Of a stretch of DNA of 64,000 nucleotides, positions 36,122 to 46,558 are shown in pieces (the stretch's first letter is position 1; every line of letters begins with the position of its first letter). The DNA is from a virus. Lineage: Duplodnaviria > Caudoviricetes. The notes under the pieces were generated by a model that was not told where the DNA came from, ran no database searches, and was given only the letters and a program-made list of their open reading frames with translations. Position numbers and translations under genes: made by a program. The DNA is taken from the IMG/VR virus record IMGVR_UViG_3300042280_000089, positions 3,188 through 67,187 of that record. One strand, given 5' to 3'.

Positions 36122-38578
36122 ATGGATGAACCGACAATTGTCATCGTTGAGGAAGATAACCCGCAGCTGTCTGTGACAGCGGATTGCTCTCCTGAGATTG
36201 TAGAAGTTGCTCAGGGTGTGGCCGGTAAATCTGCATACGCACTGGCCGTAGCTGAAGGCTATACCGGCACTTTGGAGGAATGGCTGCAAGACCTGAAAGG
36301 AGAAAAGGGCGATAAGGGTGATACCGGTGCCCGTGGTGTAGGGCTTGAGTACCTGTGGAGTGGTACCCGTCTAGGCGTTAAACGTGAAGACTGGGACACC
36401 TATTCCTTTGTTGACCTGAAAGGCGCCAAAGGTGATAAGGGCGATACCGGAGATCAGGGTATTCAGGGTGAACAAGGTGTTCCTGGATTCTCTGTTGAAT
36501 ATGTCTGGGACGGCACACGCTTAGGTATCAAGCGAGAAGACGAGCCTACTTTCACCTATTCCGATTTGAAGGGTGAGAAGGGTGACACAGGCGCTACCGG
36601 TGCCACTGGCCCACAAGGCGAACGGGGTGCTTCATTTCAGTACATGTGGGCAGGGACACTGCTGGGTATCAAACACAGCGACGAACCCACCTACACCTAT
36701 GTGGACTTGAAAGGGGAAAAGGGTGATCAAGGTATCCAAGGTGTCAAGGGAGACACGGGTGATACAGGCCCGCAAGGGGAACGTGGAGCTTCATTCGAGT
36801 ACACCTGGTCAGGTACTCAACTGGGTGTTAAGCATAGCGATGAGGCCACCTTTACCTACGTAGACCTTAAAGGAGAGAAAGGCGACCAAGGTATTCAGGG
36901 TATCAAAGGCGACAAGGGGGATACCGGCGATGTTGGCCCACAAGGGGAGCGAGGCGCGTCTTTTGAATACGTCTGGAATGGTACCCAACTGGGGGTAAAA
37001 CACAGCGACGAAGCTACCTATACATATGTTGACCTGAAGGGTGACAAAGGTGATCAGGGGATTCAGGGCGAGAAAGGAGATACCGGTGCTGGTTTGGAAT
37101 TTCAATGGTCAGGTACCCAACTGGGTATCCGGGTACAGGGTGATATCGAGTACAGCTATCAGGATCTTCAAGGCAGCACTGACTACAACCAGCTGATCAA
37201 CGTCCCAACGGAATTCACACCCAGCGCCCATGCACATACCTTAGCTGACATTTCGAATGCAGGTACCGCCGCTGCTGCGAATGTTGAAGACTTCGCAACA
37301 GCTGCCCAGGGCACAAAAGCTGATACTGCCGTGCAGCCTGATGATGCACGTCTGACTGATTCTCGTGAATGGACAGCAGCAACAGTTACACAGGCTGAAG
37401 CGGAAGCAGGTACTGCAACGACTCGACGTGCCTGGACAGCTCAAAGAGTCCGTCAGGCAATCGATGCAGTCATTGGCGCAATTGGTAATGCTACCCAGAC
37501 TGTAGCAGGTTGGATGAGTCCTGCAGATAAAACCAAGCTGGATGGTATCCAGACAGGCGCCACCGCAAACGCAACCGACGCTGAGCTGCGGGATCGTAGT
37601 ACGCACACCGGTACACAGGCGATTGCTACCGTGTCTGGATTACAGGCTGCGCTGGACAGTAAGTCGGATACTGCGCATACCCACGATGATCGGTACTTCA
37701 CTGAAGCTGAAGCTGATGCGCGATTCTTAGGGATCAGTGCAAAAGCAGTAGATTCTGACAAGCTGGATGGGTACGACGCATCAGACTTCCAAATTATTGA
37801 ACGTACAACGCAACAGGTAAATTTACCTGTAGGGTGGTACACCATTGCAGTGAATGTAGGTAATCGTGCTATTGCTCGGTTTGGTCTGAAGGATATTAAT
37901 AGTAGCGATCACCAAAGCTGTGTATTTTACGCATCCCACCATTTCGGCACGTACAGTGAGCTAACAGTACTTCATAGTGGTCGATATTATGGATCGCCGT
38001 TTAAGTACATTCGAATTAAAGAAGGTGGTACATACGACGGTGCGCTATTACAAGTGTACCTGGATGACTCTACTAACCTAGTACAGGCGTTCATCTTAGG
38101 GGATAATTTCCAAGACTCTGGTTGGATTGTTAAAGACTTTGTTCCGGACGGAACTAATCCCGGCAGTGTGAGTAATTTCGCTGCATTAACAAACGAGGCA
38201 GCGAAGATAGACTTAGACAGCATCTTGGACGGTGGTATAGCAACCACTGGAGAACTGTACGCCGGGGGAAATACATCACAGTATAAAGTCTGGCACGCCG
38301 GTAACTTCACCCCGTTCACTAAAACCACTTCAGCTGGATCAAAAACACTTTCAGCATTTGAAAGCTGTTACTTCTCTTCTACAGGTACAGCCACTTTACC
38401 GGCTTCAGTATCGGTAGGTGATGAAGTTGAAATTACTGTTGGTAATTTCTCTAGTCTGGTGGTTGCAAGGAACGGTAATAACATTATGGGTCTGGCAGAA
38501 AACATGACCATTGACGCACCCTATTCATCTGTAAAACTTCGCTATGTTGGTGCAACAAATGGATGGGTAATTACCTGA
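36122..38578 (+). CDS. collagen-repeat tail fibre
   Basis: Gly-X-Y runs alternating with repeated WxGTxLG(I/V)K modules, followed by fibre-like domains. Confidence 0.8.
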   Translation: MDEPTIVIVEEDNPQLSVTADCSPEIVEVAQGVAGKSAYALAVAEGYTGTLEEWLQDLKGEKGDKGDTGARGVGLEYLWSGTRLGVKREDWDTYSFVDLKGAKGDKGDTGDQGIQGEQGVPGFSVEYVWDGTRLGIKREDEPTFTYSDLKGEKGDTGATGATGPQGERGASFQYMWAGTLLGIKHSDEPTYTYVDLKGEKGDQGIQGVKGDTGDTGPQGERGASFEYTWSGTQLGVKHSDEATFTYVDLKGEKGDQGIQGIKGDKGDTGDVGPQGERGASFEYVWNGTQLGVKHSDEATYTYVDLKGDKGDQGIQGEKGDTGAGLEFQWSGTQLGIRVQGDIEYSYQDLQGSTDYNQLINVPTEFTPSAHAHTLADISNAGTAAAANVEDFATAAQGTKADTAVQPDDARLTDSREWTAATVTQAEAEAGTATTRRAWTAQRVRQAIDAVIGAIGNATQTVAGWMSPADKTKLDGIQTGATANATDAELRDRSTHTGTQAIATVSGLQAALDSKSDTAHTHDDRYFTEAEADARFLGISAKAVDSDKLDGYDASDFQIIERTTQQVNLPVGWYTIAVNVGNRAIARFGLKDINSSDHQSCVFYASHHFGTYSELTVLHSGRYYGSPFKYIRIKEGGTYDGALLQVYLDDSTNLVQAFILGDNFQDSGWIVKDFVPDGTNPGSVSNFAALTNEAAKIDLDSILDGGIATTGELYAGGNTSQYKVWHAGNFTPFTKTTSAGSKTLSAFESCYFSSTGTATLPASVSVGDEVEITVGNFSSLVVARNGNNIMGLAENMTIDAPYSSVKLRYVGATNGWVIT
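36340..37175 (+). repeat. six tandem collagen plus ~27-aa module repeats (approximate bounds)
   Basis: EY(L/V/T)W(S/D/N)GT(R/Q)LG(V/I)K...Y(V/S)DLKG occurs six times in the translation. Confidence 0.85.
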
Positions 38579-38647
38579 TTAAGTAGGTAATTGTGTGGAG
38601 ATTGTTTTTTCTATACTGCCTCGAAACAGCAGATTTTGGAGCGGTAT

Positions 38648-38944
38648 GTGCTGGACAATTTCAAAGATATTCCACCTTCAATAGCTGGAATGGTTATGGC
38701 AGTATTCATTGCAGCAATTCGAGTTATTTATGATCAAGAAGAGACTTCATTGACACGTATTATTCTGGAGTCTCTTCTTTGTGGCGCACTGGCTTTAACA
38801 GCTGGTTCAGCCATTGACGCACTCGGGTACGATAAAAACTGGACACTGTTTGCTGGTGGCGTCATTGGTTTTATGGGCTCACAAAGTATTCGTGCGTTTG
38901 CAAAAGTCTATCTAACAAAGAGGATTAATAATGGCGGAAAGTAA
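38648..38944 (+). CDS. lambda-S-like holin
   Basis: GTG start with SD GGAG; three hydrophobic segments, ILESLLCGAL...GGVIGFMG; immediately before the endolysin. Confidence 0.8.
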   Translation: MLDNFKDIPPSIAGMVMAVFIAAIRVIYDQEETSLTRIILESLLCGALALTAGSAIDALGYDKNWTLFAGGVIGFMGSQSIRAFAKVYLTKRINNGGK

Positions 38945-39338
38945 TATCGTAACGGATTGGGTAGTATTCGAACCTTACTTTTCTAAAGAAGAGTTCGACT
39001 GCTCATTCACAGGCGAAAACCAAATGCTAGAAGAGTTCATGACTCGCCTGTTTGAACTGCGTGTCAGCTTAGGTTTTCCCTTTGTTATTACGTCAGGATA
39101 TCGATCTCCTACCCATCCTGTCGAAGCACGTAAAGCCTCACCGGGAACACACGCGCAGGGCATTGCCTGCGACATCCAGATTACCAATGGATACGATGCA
39201 GGACGCCTCATCCAGGAAGCGCTGAAAATGGGCTTCAAAGGCATTGGGGTAGCACAGGATGCTGATCGTCCTCGGGATGCTCGATTCATCCATCTGGATT
39301 TACGTGACAGTCCTTTTCCCATTGTCTGGAGTTACTGA
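38931..39338 (+). CDS. peptidase M15 endolysin
   Basis: FSKEEFDC, SGYRS, H..GIACDI, FIHLD. Confidence 0.9.
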   Translation: MAESNIVTDWVVFEPYFSKEEFDCSFTGENQMLEEFMTRLFELRVSLGFPFVITSGYRSPTHPVEARKASPGTHAQGIACDIQITNGYDAGRLIQEALKMGFKGIGVAQDADRPRDARFIHLDLRDSPFPIVWSY

Positions 39339-39347
39339 GGAGCGCCT

Positions 39348-39797
39348 ATGGATCTGAATCCACTTTCCGCTATTTTGAGTATCGGTGAGGCCGCTATTCA
39401 GCGTATCTGGCCTGATCCCGTTAAGCAGGCAGAAGAACAGCGCAAGCTGGCTCAGCTCGCTCAGGAGGGCGATCTGGCTCGATTACAAGCGCATGTGCAG
39501 TTGTTGGTAGGGCAGCTGGAAATCAACAAACAAGAGGCACAACACAAGAGCCTGTTTGTGGCTGGTTGGCGTCCCTGGATTGGGTGGGTCGGCGGTATCG
39601 CATTAGCCTACCAGTTCGTCCTGTATCCGCTGTTGTTGTGGGTCTGGGCAATTCTGGCACCGGTAGGTATGGAAGCACCGGCTGCATTGGATACCAGCGC
39701 CCTGTGGCCCTTGCTGACGGGTATGCTGGGTATCGGGGGACTGCGGTCGTTCGATAAAATGAAGGGTACCCAAACGGATCGATTAAAGCCCTCGTGA
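39348..39797 (+). CDS. 3TM holin-like protein (GTA-type)
   Basis: EAQHKSLFVAGWRPWIGWV...GMLGIGGLRSFDK. Confidence 0.85.
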   Translation: MDLNPLSAILSIGEAAIQRIWPDPVKQAEEQRKLAQLAQEGDLARLQAHVQLLVGQLEINKQEAQHKSLFVAGWRPWIGWVGGIALAYQFVLYPLLLWVWAILAPVGMEAPAALDTSALWPLLTGMLGIGGLRSFDKMKGTQTDRLKPS

Positions 39798-39804
39798 GAG
39801 GGCT

Positions 39805-40005
39805 TTATGCACTTTTCCTGATCCACATCTGTAACGCATCTTCCGATACCAGTCCTGCCCGAACCAGCTCATTGACACTGTTACAGGTGTCATCCAGTTC
39901 CCAGTGATCCTTGTTCCATAACGCCAACTGGGTTTCCCCGTTGATATGTACTACAACGTAGCACTGCTGATCGGTCGGAAAGTGGAAGATGTTGCCTTTG
40001 TCCAT
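39805..40005 (-). CDS. hypothetical protein
   Basis: 66-aa ORF, last gene of a small minus-strand cluster. Confidence 0.45.
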   Translation of the reverse strand: MDKGNIFHFPTDQQCYVVVHINGETQLALWNKDHWELDDTCNSVNELVRAGLVSEDALQMWIRKSA

Positions 40006-40107
40006 AGCCAGATTCCTTGCTGTTTAAAAGTGGATACGACAGATATAGACAAAGGCAGATCGGGAATCAAAGAAAAAATCAAAAATTATTGAAATTTGAC
40101 GGATTTG

Positions 40108-40581
40108 TTAATCCAGATTTGGTTCGCGGAAATTGACCGATTTAAGGAGCTTACCTTTCGGGTAGTGCTTACCGTCCTTACCGTACTGATCCTGTGCAGA
40201 TACCACAGCAATAAGTCCTTCCGGTAAATGGCGATACGAACAGAGTACGCCCAGTTCTTCATACTTCGCACCGGTTTGTAATGCCTCTTCCATTGAATGG
40301 CAGAACTTGCTCAAATTCGATTGCTGGATCTCTTCCATATCTGCATCGACGTCGATACCGGCGCGATACCCCATACCATACGCTGTAACCAGAAGATCGC
40401 CAGTTGCATCTCGAAGCAGTCGAATATCCCGTTTCTGTACAGCTTCTTCCAGCTCTTCAAATTCCTGACGAATGATGCCCAGCTGAGCTGCCAGATCATC
40501 CCAGTTGGGTTCATTCAGTGGATGACGGACATTACCAATCAGGCGGTTCAACTTACTGACTTTTTCAAAGTTGGTTTCCAT
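40108..40581 (-). CDS. MazG-like NTP pyrophosphohydrolase
   Basis: QEFEELEEA...RDATGDLLVTAYG, EIQQSNLSKFC, GKLLKS. Confidence 0.85.
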   Translation of the reverse strand: METNFEKVSKLNRLIGNVRHPLNEPNWDDLAAQLGIIRQEFEELEEAVQKRDIRLLRDATGDLLVTAYGMGYRAGIDVDADMEEIQQSNLSKFCHSMEEALQTGAKYEELGVLCSYRHLPEGLIAVVSAQDQYGKDGKHYPKGKLLKSVNFREPNLD

Positions 40582-40598
40582 TCGTACTCCTTAATACA

Positions 40599-40820
40599 TC
40601 AAGCCAGGTGTTGCTGCAGTTCAGTCATGCCACCAATGTGTTCTTCATCGACCCAAATCTGAGGAACGGTGCTTAGTCCTTTTTCTCGCATCTGTTCAAC
40701 AAACGCTGCGTTCGTTTCTTCCCGTGCATCCAGGTATACGAAAGACTTGCCTTTAGTGGCTAAAAGCAGAATCGCTTGTTTGCAGTACGAACACTGACTA
40801 TGACCAATTACACGATACAT
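40599..40820 (-). CDS. glutaredoxin
   Basis: CSYC active site; TVPQIW...HIGG. Confidence 0.9.
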   Translation of the reverse strand: MYRVIGHSQCSYCKQAILLLATKGKSFVYLDAREETNAAFVEQMREKGLSTVPQIWVDEEHIGGMTELQQHLA

Positions 40821-41000
40821 TGACTTACCTCTGTGTGGATTAATAAGGCGATCAGTTTACACAAAATTCATTTTTAGACTGAGTTTTGAAAGAAAAACTG
40901 GTTTTAAGTTGTTTAATTTGTTGTTTGGAAATCTTTGTTTATACACTCCGCTCATCTTTGAATACTCAGCTTCGTTATGAAGCAGTAAAGAGCGGGAGTA

Positions 41001-43151
41001 TTGTGCTTGAATACTGAGTCAGAAAATCCAATTACTGAGTTTGCTGAGTTATCAGCGCGTCCTCTTGTAGATTGGAATAACGCTCCGTCTATTCGGGATC
41101 TTAAACTGGATTTCGAAGGGGCTAAGATCGAGCATGATAAACATGTACTGGCAGTTAATCAGTGGCTGGATAATCTCCATGTCCGTGGATCTGCTCGCGT
41201 AAATGTCGGCAAAGGCCGTTCCCGCATTGTTCCTCGACTGATCCGTAAACAAGCAGAATGGCGTTACGCTTCTTTATCTGAGCCGTTCTTGAGTACACGG
41301 GATCTGTTTAATGTGTACCCGGTGACGTTTGAGGATAAAGCCCGTGCTTATCAGAACCAGCTGGTTTTGAATAATCAGTTCAATACCAAACTGAATAAGG
41401 TCAAATTCATCAATGACTATATTCAGACAGCGGTTAATGAAGGCACGGTGATCGTGCGTGTGGGCTGGGACTATGAAGAGGAAACGGTAGAAGTTGAACG
41501 TCCTGTTGTTTCCTTTGTCCCGGCTCGCACGCAGGACGATCTGGCTATGCTGCAGCGTGCTATCAATCAGGAACCGGATCTGGAACCGGAATGGTATGAA
41601 GCAGCTGAACTGAGTCAGCAACACGCAAAGCCACTGGTTCCAGAAATTATCGGTACTGAAACCATTGAGGAAGTGCGTGTCATCCGCAATCAGCCGACGG
41701 CTGAAGTGTGCGACTACCGCAACGTCATCATCGATCCAACCTGCAATGGGGATATCGACAAAGCACGCTTTGTCATCTTCAGCTTTGAGACGTCCTTAGC
41801 GGATCTGGAGAAAGCCGGTAAGTACCAGAACCTGCACCTGATCAATGCGGAGAACGTCAATCCGCTGAACGATCCGGATCATGCTGCTGCGTCTGAAGAC
41901 AATCAAGGATTCACCTTCAACGACAAGGCACGCAGGAAACTGGTGGCCTATGAGTATTGGGGCTACTGGGACATCGAGGGTAATGGAACCCTACAGCCGA
42001 TTGTGGCCACCTGGGTCGGTGATGTCCTGATCCACATGGATCATAACCCGTTCCCCGGTCAGTTCCTGCCGTTTGTGGTGGTGCCCTATCTGCCGGTCAG
42101 CCGCTCGATCTACGGTGAGCCTGATGGCGCACTGTTGGAGGATAACCAGCGCATCATCGGTGCGGTGACACGCGGCATGATCGACATCATGGGTCGTTCT
42201 GCTAACGGCCAGACCGGTATCCGTAAAGATGCACTGGATCTGACCAACAAGCGGAAATTCCTTCGAGGCGAAGACTACGAGTTCAACGCCAATATTCCGG
42301 ATCCGCGTAATGCAATCTATATGCACACCTACCCGGAAATTCCGGCATCTGCACAGATCATGCTGCAGCTTCAGAATGCTGAAGCGGAATCCCTGACCGG
42401 GGTTAAAGCATTCCATTCTGGTATATCCGGGCAGGCATTAGGCGATACCGCAACCGGTATCCGTGGTGCGTTAGACGCTGCATCCAAGCGTGAGCTGCAT
42501 ATTCTGCGTCGTCTGGCGGACGGCATTATTCAGATCGGTCGCAAGTTTATTGCGATGAATGCTGAGTTTCTGTCTGAAGAGGAAGTCGTCCGAATTACCA
42601 ACGAAGAGTTTGTCACCGTTAATCGTGATGACTTAGCCGGTAATTTTGATCTGGAACTGACGATTTCCACTGCAGAAGAGGATAACCAGAAAGCCCAGGA
42701 ACTGGCCTTTATGCTGCAAACGATGGGCAACAATATGGATCCGTCCATGAGTCGGATGATTCTGGCGGATATTGCCCGTCTTCGCAAAATGCCTGAACTG
42801 GCTAAGCGCATTGAGTCGTTTGAACCGCAGCCAGATCCGATGCTGGAAATGCAGCGTCAGTTGGAAATTCAAAAACTGCAGACTGAAATTGCCGAGATTC
42901 AGGCACGAATTCGGAACCTGGGTACTGATTCCATGCTGGATCAAGCCAAGGTGGAAACTGAACGGGCCAAGGCAGAAAACCTGCAGAGCGACACTGATCT
43001 CAAGAATTTGGATTTTGTGGAACAGGAGTCCGGCGTTAAGCAGGAACGTGATCTGCAAAAACTGAATGAGCAAAGCCGTGCTCAGGCAAAAACCAAACTG
43101 ATTGAGTATGGCTTACGCGCTCAAGAGCAATCATCCAATAAACCGTCCTGA
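41001..43151 (+). CDS. portal protein (N4 gp59-like)
   Basis: IRKQAEWRYASLSEPFL, NGQTGIRKDALD, KRELHILRRLA; 716 aa. Confidence 0.92.
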   Translation: MCLNTESENPITEFAELSARPLVDWNNAPSIRDLKLDFEGAKIEHDKHVLAVNQWLDNLHVRGSARVNVGKGRSRIVPRLIRKQAEWRYASLSEPFLSTRDLFNVYPVTFEDKARAYQNQLVLNNQFNTKLNKVKFINDYIQTAVNEGTVIVRVGWDYEEETVEVERPVVSFVPARTQDDLAMLQRAINQEPDLEPEWYEAAELSQQHAKPLVPEIIGTETIEEVRVIRNQPTAEVCDYRNVIIDPTCNGDIDKARFVIFSFETSLADLEKAGKYQNLHLINAENVNPLNDPDHAAASEDNQGFTFNDKARRKLVAYEYWGYWDIEGNGTLQPIVATWVGDVLIHMDHNPFPGQFLPFVVVPYLPVSRSIYGEPDGALLEDNQRIIGAVTRGMIDIMGRSANGQTGIRKDALDLTNKRKFLRGEDYEFNANIPDPRNAIYMHTYPEIPASAQIMLQLQNAEAESLTGVKAFHSGISGQALGDTATGIRGALDAASKRELHILRRLADGIIQIGRKFIAMNAEFLSEEEVVRITNEEFVTVNRDDLAGNFDLELTISTAEEDNQKAQELAFMLQTMGNNMDPSMSRMILADIARLRKMPELAKRIESFEPQPDPMLEMQRQLEIQKLQTEIAEIQARIRNLGTDSMLDQAKVETERAKAENLQSDTDLKNLDFVEQESGVKQERDLQKLNEQSRAQAKTKLIEYGLRAQEQSSNKPS

Positions 43152-43204
43152 TGGACATTAACTTATCTCGCCCCGAAAGGGGGAGGACAATTAAGGAAAT
43201 AGCT

Positions 43205-43552
43205 ATGGAAAACCACGATCTGGAAACCATCGAACTGAGCATTGAACACGCTAAGAAAGCTATTGCACTGAAAACATCAGTTGAGCGCCTGACCCGCAAC
43301 CGTGACTTCAAAGCAGTATTCACTGAAGGTTACTTCGAAAAAGAAGCTCAGCGACTGGTTTTCCTGAAAGCAGACCCGTCCATGCAGGATGAAGCTGACC
43401 AGAAAGAAATCATCAAGCAGATCGACGCAATCGGCGTGCTGCGTCAGTACCTGAGCACACAGATGCACCTGGGTCGTATGGCAGAAAAAGCGCTGGAAGA
43501 AGATGAGCGCACTCGTGAAGAGCTGCTGGCCGAAGAAGGAGCTGCTGAATGA
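43205..43552 (+). CDS. N4 gp58-like protein
   Basis: RLTRNRDFKAVFTEGYF; lies between portal and scaffold. Confidence 0.75.
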   Translation: MENHDLETIELSIEHAKKAIALKTSVERLTRNRDFKAVFTEGYFEKEAQRLVFLKADPSMQDEADQKEIIKQIDAIGVLRQYLSTQMHLGRMAEKALEEDERTREELLAEEGAAE

Positions 43553-44700
43553 GTCGGAGCGACCTGAACAATGTTCTGGAGCTGTCCGACGAAGAAGTGA
43601 TGCAAATGGAGCTTCCGTTTGCATCCGAAGAGCCGGACGTTGAAGGCTCCGCAGTATCTGCCGAGAACGACCCGGATACCCTCGATGACGAAGAGAACGA
43701 TCCGTCAGAAGAGGAGGATGTCGCTGATGATGACACTGTTCTGGATGATGCAGGTGGTGACAGTGATACGGATGACGATAATGGAGAGTCCGCAGATTCA
43801 GCTGATGAAGCTGAGACTACTGACGCAGATGTAACCGACGAGGAGGAGGAAGAGGACGCTACAGAAACTGAAGCGACTTCTGCCGTCGATTACAAAGCTG
43901 AGTACGAACGCATCCTGGCTCCGTTCAAAGCCAACGGTAAAGAGATCAAAGTCGATTCTGTCGATGAAGCCATCCAGCTGATGCAAATGGGCGCGAACTA
44001 CAACAAGAAAATGGCCGCGCTTAAACCAAGCCTGAAAATCCTTAAAGCGCTGGAAAGTAACGATCTGCTGGACGAAGACAAGATTAATTTCCTGATTGAT
44101 CTGGGAAAGAAAAACCCGGACGCAATCAGCAAACTGATTCGTGACAGCGGTATTGATCCGCTGGACGTAGATGTAGATGGCGAAGCTGACTATAAGCCCA
44201 ACACTTACACTGCGAATGATAAAGAGATTGAACTGGATGCGGTGCTCGAAGAAATTCAGGACACTCCCGCATACAGCCAAACCATCGACATCATTAGCAA
44301 TAAGTGGGATGACGCCAGCCGTCAGGTATTGGTAAATAACCCGCATATCATCCGTTTGATCAATGCACAGGTCGAATCTGGACTGTTCGAGCAAATCAAT
44401 CAGGTAATGGAAAAGCGGCGTGTACTCGGTCAGCTCGGAAATATGTCCGACATCGAGGCATACAAAATGATTGGTGATGAACTGTTCCTGGCTCAGGCAA
44501 ATAATCCTGCACAGGCACCGGTTGAAAAGCCAATTATTAAAAAGCCCGCCGAGAAGAAACCGGATCCTGAAGTCGCCAAACGCAAAAAAGCAGCTGCTGC
44601 TACCAAAGGTAAACCGGCAGCTAAGCCCAGTGCCGATTTTAACCCTCTCTCCATGTCCGATGAGGAGTTCGAAAAGGTACTGAGTAAGCAGTATTTTTGA
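43549..44700 (+). CDS. N4 gp57-like acidic protein (probable scaffold)
   Basis: Very acidic N-terminal half; PFKANGKE, LMQMGANY, PLSMSDEEF; immediately before the capsid gene. Confidence 0.8.
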   Translation: MSRSDLNNVLELSDEEVMQMELPFASEEPDVEGSAVSAENDPDTLDDEENDPSEEEDVADDDTVLDDAGGDSDTDDDNGESADSADEAETTDADVTDEEEEEDATETEATSAVDYKAEYERILAPFKANGKEIKVDSVDEAIQLMQMGANYNKKMAALKPSLKILKALESNDLLDEDKINFLIDLGKKNPDAISKLIRDSGIDPLDVDVDGEADYKPNTYTANDKEIELDAVLEEIQDTPAYSQTIDIISNKWDDASRQVLVNNPHIIRLINAQVESGLFEQINQVMEKRRVLGQLGNMSDIEAYKMIGDELFLAQANNPAQAPVEKPIIKKPAEKKPDPEVAKRKKAAAATKGKPAAKPSADFNPLSMSDEEFEKVLSKQYF

Positions 44701-44718
44701 TAACAGGCGGAGTGTCCT

Positions 44719-45888
44719 ATGAGCCGAACTTACAATGATCCGATTGGCGGTACCCCTTCTTCTGTGGGCCCGCAGCTGAACGACTTTTACTTCCAGAAGA
44801 AAGCGCTGATTGAAGCGCGTAAAGAGCAGTACTTCATGCCGCTGGCAGATGTAACTGCCATGCCGAAAAACTTCGGTAAAACCATCAAGCGGTACCACTA
44901 CCTGCCGCTGCTGGATGACCGCAATATCAACGACCAGGGTATCGATGCGTCTGGTGCTGTGATTGCGGACGGTAACCTGTACGGATCCAGCAAGGATATC
45001 GGTACCATTACCGGTAAGCTGCCGGTGCTGTCCGAAAACGGTGGTCGTGTAAACCGCGTTGGTTTCAAGCGCATCGAGATCGAAGGCACCATCGAGAAAT
45101 TCGGTTTCTTCGATGAGTACACTCAGGAATCCGTTGATTTCGATTCTGACGCAGAACTGCTGATGCACGTTAACCGCGAGATGGTCAACGCTGCACACGA
45201 GATCACTGAAGACGCCCTGCAGATCGATCTGATCAACGGTGCCGGTGTGATTCGTTATGCAGGATCAGCGACTCAGAATTCTGAGATCGACAACACCTGT
45301 GAAGTCACCTACGGCGACCTGATGCGTCTGGCCATTGACCTGGATAACAACCGCTGTCCGAAGCATACCCGTGTTATCACCGGTACTCGCATGGTGGACA
45401 CCAAGGTCATCAGTGCCGCTCGCATCATGTATGTGGGTTCTGAACTGATTCCGCTGCTGAAGGGTATGACTGACCTGCACGGCAATCCGGCCTTCATCAA
45501 CGCGAAGCATTATGCCGCTGCCGGTACTGTACTGAACGGTGAGATCGGTTCTATCGATGTCTTCCGTATCGTGGTGGTGCCGGAAATGCTCAAGTGGGAA
45601 GGTGCAGGTGCCGATGCGTCTACTACATCCACTCACTATGAGACCGGTAACAAGTACGACGTCTTCCCGATGCTGGTTGTTGGTGATGGTTCCTTCACCA
45701 CCATTGGCTTCCAGACTGACGGCAAGACCGTTAAGTTCAAGATCACCCACAAGAAGCCGGGTGAAGCCACTGCGGATCGTAACGACCCGTATGGTGAGAC
45801 TGGCTTCATGTCCATCAAGTGGTACTACGGCACCATGATTCTCCGCCCGGAGCGTCTGGCCCTGATCAAGACTGCAGCCCCGATGTAA
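44719..45888 (+). CDS. major capsid protein (N4 gp56-like)
   Basis: YNDP...[42 protein letters not shown]. Confidence 0.95.
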   Translation: MSRTYNDPIGGTPSSVGPQLNDFYFQKKALIEARKEQYFMPLADVTAMPKNFGKTIKRYHYLPLLDDRNINDQGIDASGAVIADGNLYGSSKDIGTITGKLPVLSENGGRVNRVGFKRIEIEGTIEKFGFFDEYTQESVDFDSDAELLMHVNREMVNAAHEITEDALQIDLINGAGVIRYAGSATQNSEIDNTCEVTYGDLMRLAIDLDNNRCPKHTRVITGTRMVDTKVISAARIMYVGSELIPLLKGMTDLHGNPAFINAKHYAAAGTVLNGEIGSIDVFRIVVVPEMLKWEGAGADASTTSTHYETGNKYDVFPMLVVGDGSFTTIGFQTDGKTVKFKITHKKPGEATADRNDPYGETGFMSIKWYYGTMILRPERLALIKTAAPM

Positions 45889-45908
45889 TCCCTAAGTAAG
45901 TCCCAATA

Positions 45909-45935
45909 GGCTCCCTGGTTCGCCGGGGAGCTTAT
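45909..45935 (+). terminator. terminator-like hairpin after the capsid gene
   Basis: GCTCCCTGG-TTCG-CCGGGGAGC; weak U tract. Confidence 0.65.
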
Positions 45936-45993
45936 CAGGGGTGTTACGTTATACCGTCGCAGGTTTTCACCCTGGTTAAAAAGAGACACTGAT

Positions 45994-46548
45994 ATGAGCG
46001 AAGAAAATCTGGAAACCAATGAACTTGAGCTGCTGAAACAGCGAGCTGAGAAACTGGGTATCAAGTTCCACCCGAATATTGGCCTGGAAGCGCTGCGTGA
46101 GCGCGTCAACGAGCGACTGGCTGCTTCTACTGAAGCCAGCAAAGAGGAAGCTGCCTCCGCAGAAAAAGGCGAAGAGACAGAAGCACAGCGCCGTCAGCGA
46201 CTGAAGAAAGAAGCATCACGTCTGGTACGCATTCGGGTGTCTTGCATGAACCCGAACAAAAAAGCCTGGGAAGGCGAAGTATTCACTGTATCCAACTCCG
46301 TTGTGGGTACCTTCAAGAAGTACGTTCCGTTCAATGCGGATGAAGGTTGGCACGTTCCCGAGATCATCTATAAGCAGATCCGCGACCGTAAATGTCAGGT
46401 ATTCCAGTGGGTCAAAGGCCCGCGTGGTGAAAAAATCCGCAAAGGTAAGTTGATCAACGAGTTCAACGTAGAAGTACTGCCGCCGCTGACCAAAGAAGAA
46501 CTGGAAGAACTGGCCCGTCAGCAGGCACTGGCTCGTGCAATCGACTGA
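45994..46548 (+). CDS. N4 gp55-like virion protein
   Basis: LGIKFHPNIGLEALRE, RLVRIRVSCMNPNK, EVLPPLTKEEL. Confidence 0.85.
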   Translation: MSEENLETNELELLKQRAEKLGIKFHPNIGLEALRERVNERLAASTEASKEEAASAEKGEETEAQRRQRLKKEASRLVRIRVSCMNPNKKAWEGEVFTVSNSVVGTFKKYVPFNADEGWHVPEIIYKQIRDRKCQVFQWVKGPRGEKIRKGKLINEFNVEVLPPLTKEELEELARQQALARAID

Positions 46549-46558
46549 GGATTGGTAG

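Noticed and set aside
34497-38578. Diversity-generating retroelement or shufflon acting on tail fibres
   Set aside because: No reverse transcriptase, invertase, adenine-only mismatch repeat pair or inverted six sites were seen.
43798-45198. 466-aa minus-strand ORF and many other antisense ORFs in the track
   Set aside because: They are shadows of well-supported genes on the opposite strand, with no motifs or SD support.
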